This document shows positions 18,252-25,600 of a DNA stretch of 28,962 bases, piece after piece. Position numbers and translations under genes: made by a program. Origin of the DNA: a virus (lineage: Duplodnaviria; Caudoviricetes); the IMG/VR virus record IMGVR_UViG_3300032330_000639, positions 1-28,962 of that record. One strand, 5' to 3'. Position 1 is the first letter of the stretch, and each line of letters starts with the position of its first letter. The notes beneath the pieces are model-generated. The model was not told where the DNA came from. It did no database searches and was given only the letters and a program-made list of their open reading frames with translations.

Positions 18252-18511
18252 GTATAATTGCTGAGGTATTAATGCCACCTGAGTGGACAAAGAAAGCCTT
18301 ATGTGCGGAGGTAGACCCTAATATATTCTTTCCTGAAATAGGAGATGATGTATCAAAGGTTAAAAAAATATGCAAAGCCTGCGATGTTCAAAAGGAATGC
18401 CTAAAGTTTTCATTAGACAATGACGAAAGGTTTGGTATATGGGGCGGACTATCGGAAATAAACAGACGCAAGTTAAGGGCAGAAAGAAAACTTGGCAAAA
18501 GTTCAAGGTAA
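18248..18511 (+). CDS. whiB: WhiB-family Fe-S transcription factor
   Basis: W..KALC, 'DPNIFFP', C-x2-C-x5-C and 'GIWGG' motifs. Confidence 0.95.
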   Translation: MSIIAEVLMPPEWTKKALCAEVDPNIFFPEIGDDVSKVKKICKACDVQKECLKFSLDNDERFGIWGGLSEINRRKLRAERKLGKSSR

Positions 18512-18900
18512 TATTCATAGCATTATTGATTATTACCTCAACCCTATTCTCTATAAACAAGATAGCCACACCCCCTAATTCCCTTATTCCTACACAAACT
18601 AAGGCTACAATGGAGCAGAAGAAGGCTAACAAAGCGTTGGCTAAGAAGATTGCTTGGGTTGGGTATGGTTGGAAAGATAAGGAGTGGGCGTGCCTTGATA
18701 AAATATTTATTAAAGAGGCAAGATATGACCATTTGGCAAAGAACAAATCTGGTTCAAGTGCGTTTGGAATTGGTCAAAGACTTAAAGAAACTAGCAAAGA
18801 CCCTATGGTTCAAATTCTTCACACCTATAAATATATTCAACACAGATATAAAACCCCTTGTTCTGCACAAAGGTGGCATACCCGACACAATTGGTATTAG
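18439..18900 (+). CDS. Membrane-anchored lytic transglycosylase-like protein
   Basis: N-terminal TM segment; 'WACLDKIFIKEARYDHLAKN.SGSSAFGIGQ' (catalytic Glu region) and 'YIQHRY.TPC...NWY'. Start codon uncertain. Confidence 0.75.
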   Translation: MGRTIGNKQTQVKGRKKTWQKFKVIFIALLIITSTLFSINKIATPPNSLIPTQTKATMEQKKANKALAKKIAWVGYGWKDKEWACLDKIFIKEARYDHLAKNKSGSSAFGIGQRLKETSKDPMVQILHTYKYIQHRYKTPCSAQRWHTRHNWY

Positions 18901-19076
18901 TGTTTGACTTAAGGGGTGAACCCGTATTTGTATGTGTATGTGGTTCAAAGATGTGGAATATAAAAGTAATGTGGGATATGGAGACAAGGCAAGTAGGAAT
19001 GTATTTACTAGACCAAGTATGTGATGAGTGTGGGGCTGTGGCTACTGCACCAACAGAGATAGATGGGTGTGATTAA
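18900..19076 (+). CDS. Small Zn-ribbon protein
   Basis: Likely GTG start coupled to the upstream TAG; DLRG.P..VCVCGS...CDECG. Confidence 0.65.
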   Translation: MFDLRGEPVFVCVCGSKMWNIKVMWDMETRQVGMYLLDQVCDECGAVATAPTEIDGCD

Positions 19077-19243
19077 TGCCAACTTATGAATATAAATGTA
19101 ATGTGTGTGGTGGACAGCAAGAGTTAAGCAAAGCCCACGATGATGAAACAATACCTGTATGTTGTAATGAAAGTATGACTAGATTATGGTCTGCTATTCC
19201 TACTATATTTAAAACTGGTGGCTTTTATTCTACGGGTGGCTGA
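19076..19243 (+). CDS. FmdB-family Zn-ribbon protein (not in the ORF track)
   Basis: 55 aa, MPTYEYKCNVCG...CCNESMTR...FKTGGFYSTGG. Confidence 0.85.
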   Translation: MPTYEYKCNVCGGQQELSKAHDDETIPVCCNESMTRLWSAIPTIFKTGGFYSTGG

Positions 19244-19866
19244 GCCTCTGATAAATCTTCATCACGATATGGCTTGAACCCACCAATCTTATTAATTAAT
19301 TTCTTTATTGCACGCTTGTTTCTCATACGAGCAGTGTCTTCACTAGGTAATTTCATTTCATCTGCAATCGCTTGGAAATCCATACTTTCTGCATAACGCA
19401 GGAACAATAACTTCCTATCCTCTTTACCTAACTTCCAAAATCCAGCGTCAATCTCAATCATCATAGCCATCATATTGCCACCTTCAGAGGGTGCAGAAGG
19501 GCGAGCAGTGCCACCGAGATTTAATTTATGTGCAAGATTTATCTCACCTCTTAAGACAGAGGGTAACAAGGCTTCAATCATATCTGCTTGGTAAAAGAAT
19601 AGGTCAGAGGTTTCATATCCACCTGTCTTTGCTTTCCAAGCCTGACAATAATCCAATGCTTGGTTACGAAGTGAGCGATAGATTAAATTCTTTGCGTCCT
19701 TCTCACCTATTGCTTCCCAAGTATCTAGTTTATTTGGGTGCTCAACAAACCACTGATATAGATTTTGTTTTATATCTTGTATATCAATCTTAAATTTAAG
19801 TTGATACTCAGAGGCAACAGAGTCTACAATGTAGTCCCAGTTCTTTATTCTATCCCATTCAATCAC
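19225..19866 (-). CDS. Sigma-70/ECF-like RNA polymerase sigma factor
   Basis: Region-2-like 'QDIKQNLY...LIYRSLRNQALDY'. Region-4 HTH 'LLFLRYAESMDFQAIADEM...TARMRNKRAIKKL'. Confidence 0.75.
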   Translation of the reverse strand: MIEWDRIKNWDYIVDSVASEYQLKFKIDIQDIKQNLYQWFVEHPNKLDTWEAIGEKDAKNLIYRSLRNQALDYCQAWKAKTGGYETSDLFFYQADMIEALLPSVLRGEINLAHKLNLGGTARPSAPSEGGNMMAMMIEIDAGFWKLGKEDRKLLFLRYAESMDFQAIADEMKLPSEDTARMRNKRAIKKLINKIGGFKPYRDEDLSEAQPPVE

Positions 19867-20252
19867 GTCAGTTTTATACCCAATTCTAATGGAAGAAATG
19901 TAACTAACTTAGTTGTCTTTGATTTGTTTTGAAACTCAGTTGTAGTGGGTAGCCACTTATCAACCCATTCTAAATCTTTAATTACAGAGTTGAGAGGGAA
20001 AGCCCAGACACCATTAGGCGTAGAGTTTATATACCAAGGCTGATAGCCTAGAGTTTCTGCAGTTACAACTAGGAAGTCAAACTTTTTTCTTTCTAATAAT
20101 AGAGTATCATAATGGGTAAGTCTGGACTTAAGTTCAATAAACATTTTGAATTCATCACTAACACAATCAAATCCATCATATTCATTAGAAGACTTTTCTA
20201 AATCAGAATAGTGTCCAACCTTTAACCAATCAAATAACTCTTGTTCCTTCAT
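19863..20252 (-). CDS. Putative PD-(D/E)xK nuclease
   Basis: 'FDC...FIELKSR' motif. Confidence 0.6.
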   Translation of the reverse strand: MKEQELFDWLKVGHYSDLEKSSNEYDGFDCVSDEFKMFIELKSRLTHYDTLLLERKKFDFLVVTAETLGYQPWYINSTPNGVWAFPLNSVIKDLEWVDKWLPTTTEFQNKSKTTKLVTFLPLELGIKLT

Positions 20253-20632
20253 TCAGTATCCCACTTATGTCTTAAGATAAGCAAGGCTATGATTGAGTAG
20301 TTCGCCATATCTTTAAAGGAGTCTTCAAGCGATTCGTATTGTGGTGTTGCGCCTTTGTCAACAAGGTTATTGATACGAGCAAGTTTGTCGTGCATACGCA
20401 CTCGTAATCCATTGAGAGGTCCACCTGGTGAGTCCGAAATATTTTTCGGACCGTAATCAATGTGCTTCTTGATGAGTAATTCTTTGAGTTCATCGAATGT
20501 TTCGCTAACCGCTACTGCAAACTTGGGGTTGAGAGCAGAGGCACTGTGATTTCTATTATCAATAGTTTGTTCCGTATCTTTGTTGATGTTATATGGAAAC
20601 CTTGTGTTTCCAAGTGGGTTATAATCTGCCAT
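20249..20632 (-). CDS. DUF1599 / nucleotide-modification-associated domain protein
   Basis: 'KKHIDYG..NI', 'RMHDKLARINNL', 'ESLEDSFKDMANY'. Confidence 0.75.
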   Translation of the reverse strand: MADYNPLGNTRFPYNINKDTEQTIDNRNHSASALNPKFAVAVSETFDELKELLIKKHIDYGPKNISDSPGGPLNGLRVRMHDKLARINNLVDKGATPQYESLEDSFKDMANYSIIALLILRHKWDTE

Positions 20633-20638
20633 ACTTCT

Positions 20639-21004
20639 TCATTCCCCATTCTCTTTGTCGCCTTCAGTTAGTAATTGCTGAAGTGATTCGTCAAAATTTT
20701 GCAGAGAAGATTTGACTATCATATCCTCAATCAACGTGTCAATTAAGTCATAGCCATTTTCCGCTGCGAAAAGTGTAACATAGGTAGATTGTGCTATATG
20801 TCTTATTTGTTCCGTGTTGTCCGAATTATCATAAAGGAATTTAAGTAAAGAACCAAGCATTAATCTATACCCATTAGGAAGAATTAGATAAGGGTCAAAG
20901 TCATCATCATCTTCTAGGGTATGGTCTATTAAATCAAATGAATTTTCAAACTCTTCCCCACACTCGTGACACTTTAGATAGTCTGGGTCAATCGGCTCTA
21001 TCAC
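20639..21004 (-). CDS. Acidic protein with a C2H2-like Zn finger
   Basis: C-x2-C-x3-F-x5-L-x2-H (CHECGEEFENSFDLIDH). Confidence 0.65.
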   Translation of the reverse strand: MIEPIDPDYLKCHECGEEFENSFDLIDHTLEDDDDFDPYLILPNGYRLMLGSLLKFLYDNSDNTEQIRHIAQSTYVTLFAAENGYDLIDTLIEDMIVKSSLQNFDESLQQLLTEGDKENGE

Positions 21005-21621
21005 TCAAGTCCAGCCTTCTCCCTTATGTATCCTGCTCCATATTTAACGTAGGCTGAGTTGACGTCTTCTCCTTCTGGCAGTTGCACAATAGTAACGGGG
21101 AGTTCCCTAGCCAGTGAGCGTGCGAATTCCGTGCCTGGTTGGTCTCCATCGGCAAAGACAAATACTCTTTCAAAGTCCGCGAGTAAACGAGTGTAATGTT
21201 TCTTCCAACTATTAGCCCCAGGAACACCGACACAAGGGATACCAACACAAGCAGAGAGAGTAATAGTATCAAGTTCACCTTCGCACACTCCTATAAAATC
21301 GTTTGCTTTATCTATATCTAATACGTTATACATCTTGGTATCAGCACCAGTCATACCCATATACTTAGGCTCAACAGCAGGATTAAGAGAGCGAAAACGC
21401 AAATCGACTGCACCAGTCTTGGTAATATACGGTATTGAGAGTCTTCCGTGAAACGCTTCGTGTCCAACTTCAGGCTCCACGACTACGCCTAATTGCGCCA
21501 GACGTGCCACTTCCAACGGAATACCTCTGCTTCTTAGGTAATCTTCCGCCTGATAAATGTTTTCCGCGTATCGTGTTGTCGCCTTGTCCAGTAATTCCTT
21601 CTGCGATGCGCTCTGCTTCAC
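21001..21621 (-). CDS. DNA primase, catalytic Toprim part
   Basis: 'RLSIPY', 'PKY', 'VCEGELD', 'GVPGA', 'DGDQPG', 'DVN'. Has its own SD (AAGGAG) before the GTG. Confidence 0.9.
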   Translation of the reverse strand: MKQSASQKELLDKATTRYAENIYQAEDYLRSRGIPLEVARLAQLGVVVEPEVGHEAFHGRLSIPYITKTGAVDLRFRSLNPAVEPKYMGMTGADTKMYNVLDIDKANDFIGVCEGELDTITLSACVGIPCVGVPGANSWKKHYTRLLADFERVFVFADGDQPGTEFARSLARELPVTIVQLPEGEDVNSAYVKYGAGYIREKAGLE

Positions 21622-21850
21622 GTATGTTAACTCCTTCTTGTAGGCTTATGATTTGTAAACTATTACCTTGCACTCCGCAAGCAAAACAAAAGAATATATT
21701 ATTATCTAAGTTTGCAGTTCCTGATTGATGTGTGTCAGAATGGAAGGGGCATTTAAGATTAACCTGTCCGTGAGTTTGTCGTAGCGTTGCTCCGTAATGC
21801 AAAAGGATTTCTCTAATGCTTGGTAGGTCATTATCATTTCTTCTCACCAT
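21470..21850 (-). CDS. DNA primase, CHC2 Zn-finger part
   Basis: 'CPFHSD...S' and 'FFCFACGVQGN'. Confidence 0.88.
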   Translation of the reverse strand: MVRRNDNDLPSIREILLHYGATLRQTHGQVNLKCPFHSDTHQSGTANLDNNIFFCFACGVQGNSLQIISLQEGVNIREAERIAEGITGQGDNTIRGKHLSGGRLPKKQRYSVGSGTSGAIRRSRGA

Positions 21851-22178
21851 ACCCTGCCTCCTTTAAAAGATTAACTAAATCTTCTAGCCTTAAGACTACA
21901 ACCCAATCCTTGATTTTCTCTTCACCCTGACCATTAAGTCTTAAACAAACTAAACCAAGTACGCCAGTCTTAGCACGTTCTTTTAGTTGTTTAATAGCAC
22001 TAGATGGATTAAATCCAGTTCGTGCTTTGACTTCCCAATCTATACCAACACACCCAGTTATATCTGTACCACTACGCCCTGCTCCTGTGGATTCTGCATA
22101 TGGGAATCCATTAACTGCTAAGTATTGAGCCAATACTTTTTGACTGCGGTATCCTCTATGCTTGCGCGACTGGCTCAT
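21834..22178 (-). CDS. Holliday junction resolvase (Hjc-like PD-(D/E)xK)
   Basis: 'SRKHRG...VLAQYL...G.D...WEVKAR'. Confidence 0.75.
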   Translation of the reverse strand: MSQSRKHRGYRSQKVLAQYLAVNGFPYAESTGAGRSGTDITGCVGIDWEVKARTGFNPSSAIKQLKERAKTGVLGLVCLRLNGQGEEKIKDWVVVLRLEDLVNLLKEAGYGEKK

Positions 22179-22305
22179 TGTTCCAATCTGATTCCCTACA
22201 TTCTTTGCATAAAATTACTTTAAAGTTCATACCTATTTTAACATAGGCATATTCAATGCACCCAGAACGTTGACATTTTCTTTTAAAAGCACCGTTAACT
22301 AACAC
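22156..22305 (-). CDS. Small Zn-binding protein (not in the ORF track)
   Basis: 49 aa, GTG start, C-x4-C...CKEC; fills the operon gap. Confidence 0.5.
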   Translation of the reverse strand: MLVNGAFKRKCQRSGCIEYAYVKIGMNFKVILCKECRESDWNNEPVAQA

Positions 22306-22492
22306 TCTTATCTTTCCTAAGAATACGAATAGCCCAATCTAATCCTTGATTAAGACCGTCACCCCACTCATCAGTAGGATTAATCTTTGCTTCTTGAATC
22401 TTTGCAACAAAATCTTTTATCTCTGCGTTAACTTCAAGTAAAACAAGACGACGAATCTCCTGTGTCATATCATCTTCTTCTTCTCTAATCAC
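22295..22492 (-). CDS. Hypothetical protein
   Basis: 65 aa; 'GLNQGLDWAIRIL'. Confidence 0.65.
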   Translation of the reverse strand: MIREEEDDMTQEIRRLVLLEVNAEIKDFVAKIQEAKINPTDEWGDGLNQGLDWAIRILRKDKSVS

Positions 22493-22494
22493 AC

Positions 22495-22974
22495 TTACTC
22501 CTTAAATTGTTCAACTGGCACTCGCCAGCCCTCAATGTATGAATCATACCATTCGTCAGTCATATAGTCAGTAGGTGCAATGTGTCCATATACCTCAACC
22601 TCAGAGTAATACTCAGTGTCTAATACCTTCGCTCCAAATATATAGTTGTTAATATCTTTCTTCCAGAAAGGGATAGAGGTCTGGGTTCGTATAGACCTAA
22701 CCTCATAGTTAGCCCCAACATCAGCCAGTGATTTACGCTGAGGGTGCAGGCTATTAGGATACCAAGGAACATTCCAAGACTGATTATATTGTTTGGCTAC
22801 TGCCCACTCACATACATTTGCTCTTACATTTGAAAGTAATTCGTGTTCTAGTTTTCCATCTGCCTTGCCTTGAGCGTAATTAGGTTTATCTGTAGAGCCA
22901 AACTTAGCAAGCCATCTCTCCGTCGCAAGCATTGTGCATATACGCACTTCCTCTTGGCTCAGTTTTACTATCAC
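22495..22974 (-). CDS. Hypothetical protein, possible restriction-endonuclease-like fold
   Basis: 'CEWAVAK...ADVG..YEVRS' resembles an E...D-x-E-x-K/R pattern. Confidence 0.5.
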   Translation of the reverse strand: MIVKLSQEEVRICTMLATERWLAKFGSTDKPNYAQGKADGKLEHELLSNVRANVCEWAVAKQYNQSWNVPWYPNSLHPQRKSLADVGANYEVRSIRTQTSIPFWKKDINNYIFGAKVLDTEYYSEVEVYGHIAPTDYMTDEWYDSYIEGWRVPVEQFKE

Positions 22975-23759
22975 TAGCCACCATTCTCAGGTATATCACT
23001 CATAAACATAAATTCAGGATTAAAAGATAACCAGCAGTTTAAGTTAGCATTTGCGTCTGCTCTTCCATATCTATTCTTTACTGGAGCAACAGCCATAGAA
23101 GTACCAACGACTCCAAGAGTACAAATAAGAGCGGGAAGTTGGGCGACTTTACCCTGAAGAGCCGAGCGAGGTTGACAAGGAGTACCAAGTACAGCCTCAG
23201 AAGTATGGTGCAGAATAATGATAGCAGCGTTAGTAGCACGAGCAAGGTATTTTAACTCCTTCATAATAGCCCTCATAGATGCGAACTCTTCGCCTCCGTC
23301 TGTTGCAATATCCATAAGGTTATCCACAAAGATTGCTACAGGTGGGCAACCCCATAGTTCTTCAAAGGCTTGGACTTCTTCATCTATATCTTGCAATGTA
23401 GGACTAGATTCAAATGACCAAACAATATGAGCACCCTTTGCTAACACAGCACGAGTCCAACCTTGGTCAGTATTCATCAACTCTTCTACATCAGTTTGAT
23501 TCTTACCTGAAATCATTGAGGCTAATCGCATAGCCATAGTGTGAGCATTAGTGTCAGCAGATATGTATAGACTAGGCACCTTCATATTTAATGCCAAGGC
23601 TAAAGCAAGAGTTGACTTACCTACACCTGGAGTTCCAGCAAGCATAGATACTTCTGCTCTGCGAAATATAATCTTGTTGCTTTCAAATGTTTTAAATACA
23701 GAAGGTAATGGTTCTCCACCAATATCTTTTCTGCCTACGCTACGTACAAGTGTTCTCAC
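22974..23759 (-). CDS. DnaB-like (SF4/RecA-fold) helicase
   Basis: Walker A GTPGVGKS, Walker B 'IFVDNL', 'ILHHT', 'VKNRYG'. Confidence 0.88.
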   Translation of the reverse strand: MRTLVRSVGRKDIGGEPLPSVFKTFESNKIIFRRAEVSMLAGTPGVGKSTLALALALNMKVPSLYISADTNAHTMAMRLASMISGKNQTDVEELMNTDQGWTRAVLAKGAHIVWSFESSPTLQDIDEEVQAFEELWGCPPVAIFVDNLMDIATDGGEEFASMRAIMKELKYLARATNAAIIILHHTSEAVLGTPCQPRSALQGKVAQLPALICTLGVVGTSMAVAPVKNRYGRADANANLNCWLSFNPEFMFMSDIPENGG

Positions 23760-23874
23760 TTTTGCCTTTTCTGAAATTAATTGGATATTCTGGATATAGT
23801 TTTTTAATACTATTACTCATTTGTCTTGTTGACCAGTTATGTAAACCACATACAAATTTAAAATATAGTTTCAT
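23740..23874 (-). CDS. Small basic hypothetical protein
   Basis: 44 aa, MKLYFKFVCGLHNW...; TAATG coupling. Confidence 0.4.
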   Translation of the reverse strand: MKLYFKFVCGLHNWSTRQMSNSIKKLYPEYPINFRKGKSENTCT

Positions 23875-23951
23875 TACATACCCAATAACATCATAATAAA
23901 AGCAAGTACTTGTTGTATTTCTAAGTAAAATAACATTAACATTTCAATCAT
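23874..23951 (-). CDS. 25-aa hydrophobic peptide
   Basis: MIEMLMLFYLEIQQVLAFIMMLLGM, preceded by a GACAGGGG RBS. Confidence 0.45.
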   Translation of the reverse strand: MIEMLMLFYLEIQQVLAFIMMLLGM

Positions 23952-23970
23952 TTAAAACCCCTGTCTTAAG

Positions 23971-24018
23971 TTGGAAGAGGGATAACTAATCCCCTTATGA
24001 AAATTACCCCTCTACCAA
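23971..24018 (-). promoter_or_regulatory. Long intergenic hairpin
   Basis: TTGGTAGAGGGGTAATT / AGTTATCCCTCTTCCAA: 16 of 17 positions pair, with G-U pairs possible only on the minus strand. Confidence 0.6.
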
Positions 24019-24041
24019 TTCCTATTGTAGTTCTTGTTGAA

Positions 24042-24437
24042 TTAGTTTGCTGGTTTGCACTGCTCTGGTCCCTGTGGTAGCGGGCAAGACCAAAATGCGT
24101 AAGGCTTTCCCGTTGTCTTGCTCACTCCACTGCGATGTGTTCGCGGTCCGTGTATACAAGTCGGGGTTGAGAGACCTCCCATAGCGGATGGAGCCGATTG
24201 CTGGGCGGTTGTTGAGGTAGGAGGTTGCGCTGTGCCTACTGTTGAACCAGTGGTCCCCAAAGGGGCTGCAGTGTAAGCACCTTGAATTAACTTTCCAGTT
24301 GCTGCAATCTGTGTAGAGTAATCACTCACACCTTCAAGCAACACTGATAGTTCTTCAGAAGTATTTGCACGTATATTAATTAAGTCTCCAGATGGAGTTT
24401 TATAAGAGACTTGTAGTTTCCAGTCTTCGTTTGCCAT
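24042..24437 (-). CDS. Protein with a C-terminal GRF-like Zn finger (possible ssDNA binding)
   Basis: Low-complexity linker, then CIHG...GKPYAFWSC...QC. Confidence 0.55.
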   Translation of the reverse strand: MANEDWKLQVSYKTPSGDLINIRANTSEELSVLLEGVSDYSTQIAATGKLIQGAYTAAPLGTTGSTVGTAQPPTSTTAQQSAPSAMGGLSTPTCIHGPRTHRSGVSKTTGKPYAFWSCPLPQGPEQCKPAN

Positions 24438-25034
24438 TTATTTATCCTTCGTGAATTGGCAGTGTTCTGTAAGTCCACAGTAACTGCACGATTGTAGGTT
24501 CGGTAGAAATATACCAGCCTTGCGTGCCTTATCAAAGCCTGACACAAAATATTCTAGTGTGTCTAATGTATATCTACTAAGGTCAATCATTTCCCCTGTC
24601 CCTGACTCACGAGACATCCAGTAATTGCCTAGATTGACTTTAACGCCAAGCATCTCTTCTACACCGACTTTATAAAAGCCTAGTTGTAAATCAGATATTG
24701 GCTTACGAGAGGATGTTTTCAAGTCGACAATCACAAGTTGTCCGTTAACTTCAAATATCCTATCAATGAACATCTTTACTGGAACATCAGCAATGATTGG
24801 ATTTAATTCCAACTCAATAGCCCGAACACCTTGAGGGGTAGTCCAGATTTTCCAGTCTTTATTATTCTTGCGCCAAGAGATGTAGTTGTCTACCCACTTG
24901 GAACCCTGTGTATTCCACCAAACGGCATCTTCTTTATTTGGATTCGCAATCGTTGAACGACCAGCAACACGAGCAATTGAGAAATCTAATCCTTCAGTTT
25001 CTTTAGCCCAAGCCTTTTCCCACAGTTCATTCAT
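24438..25034 (-). CDS. Cas4/RecB-like exonuclease, catalytic C-terminal part
   Basis: 'IELEL', 'FIDRIF', 'IVDLKT', 'QLGFY', C-x2-C-x5-C. Confidence 0.85.
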   Translation of the reverse strand: MNELWEKAWAKETEGLDFSIARVAGRSTIANPNKEDAVWWNTQGSKWVDNYISWRKNNKDWKIWTTPQGVRAIELELNPIIADVPVKMFIDRIFEVNGQLVIVDLKTSSRKPISDLQLGFYKVGVEEMLGVKVNLGNYWMSRESGTGEMIDLSRYTLDTLEYFVSGFDKARKAGIFLPNLQSCSYCGLTEHCQFTKDK

Positions 25035-25215
25035 TATCTAGGTCATACAATTCTGTTGCATAGTGAAAGGCTCTGCCACCAGCAGACCATACAGATGGTT
25101 CTTCTTCTAACTTCAGTAATCTTCCTAAGTAATACTGATAACCACAAGTCAGATAAGTTGTAAATGCTGAATAAGATATATGTGCAGGTAATTCATATCC
25201 ATCAAGTTTAAGCAT
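25027..25215 (-). CDS. Cas4/RecB-like exonuclease, N-terminal part
   Basis: 'ISYSAFTTYLTCGYQYYL' and 'GRAFH' are the usual N-terminal motifs of this family. Confidence 0.8.
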   Translation of the reverse strand: MLKLDGYELPAHISYSAFTTYLTCGYQYYLGRLLKLEEEPSVWSAGGRAFHYATELYDLDNE

Positions 25216-25235
25216 AGTTTCTCCTGTCTATTGAA

Positions 25236-25291
25236 TTAGATAACCCTCCTGCGGAGGACAGGAGAGTACTCAACACAAGAGAGTTATCTAA
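25236..25291 (-). ncRNA. 18-bp hairpin with an anti-RBS loop (candidate sRNA or RNA switch)
   Basis: TTAGATAACTCTCTTGTG / CGCAGGAGGGTTATCTAA: 18 of 18 pairs, 3 of them G-U. The 20-nt loop contains TCTCCTGTC. Confidence 0.7.
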
Positions 25292-25446
25292 ATTTATATT
25301 TAGTTGTATATATGTTGCCCTGTCGGGCAACTAGATTTAGGAAAGCCCCCCCACCCCCCATAAAAAAATTATGGTTGGTAGAGAAGACATAACCCTGTCG
25401 GTGTAACCGTCATTGAGGTTTCGCCCCCACCATTGCTGGTAGATGT

Positions 25447-25486
25447 ATCTTAACACACAACACTGACACAGAAGGTAGGCAGACAC
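25447..25486 (-). promoter_or_regulatory. Putative promoter of the replication module
   Basis: Extended -10 TGTTAAGAT just downstream of the terminator; two GTGTC/GACAC pentamers upstream. Confidence 0.5.
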
Positions 25487-25512
25487 GCTAATTAAAAACG
25501 TGATAATGAACG

Positions 25513-25560
25513 ACAAAAGACCCCCTTCCCAGTATCTCTACTAGGTCGGGGGTTATTTGT
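25513..25560 (-). terminator. Intrinsic terminator after the lysis genes
   Basis: ACCCCC-GA-CCTAGTA-GAGA-TACTGGG-AA-GGGGGT followed by CTTTTGT. Confidence 0.7.
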
Positions 25561-25600
25561 GTCTCTAAGGGGCGTTGTAGGCCCTATTAGGGGTACTTAA

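Noticed and set aside
24588-24600. Internal GACAGGGG-AA-ATG within the nuclease gene
   Set aside because: The motif is only 2 nt from the ATG and is explained by the coding sequence; not counted as an RBS.
24438-25215. Cas4-like gene as a sign of a CRISPR system
   Set aside because: No repeat-spacer array or other cas genes are present; stand-alone Cas4-like nucleases are common in phage replication modules.
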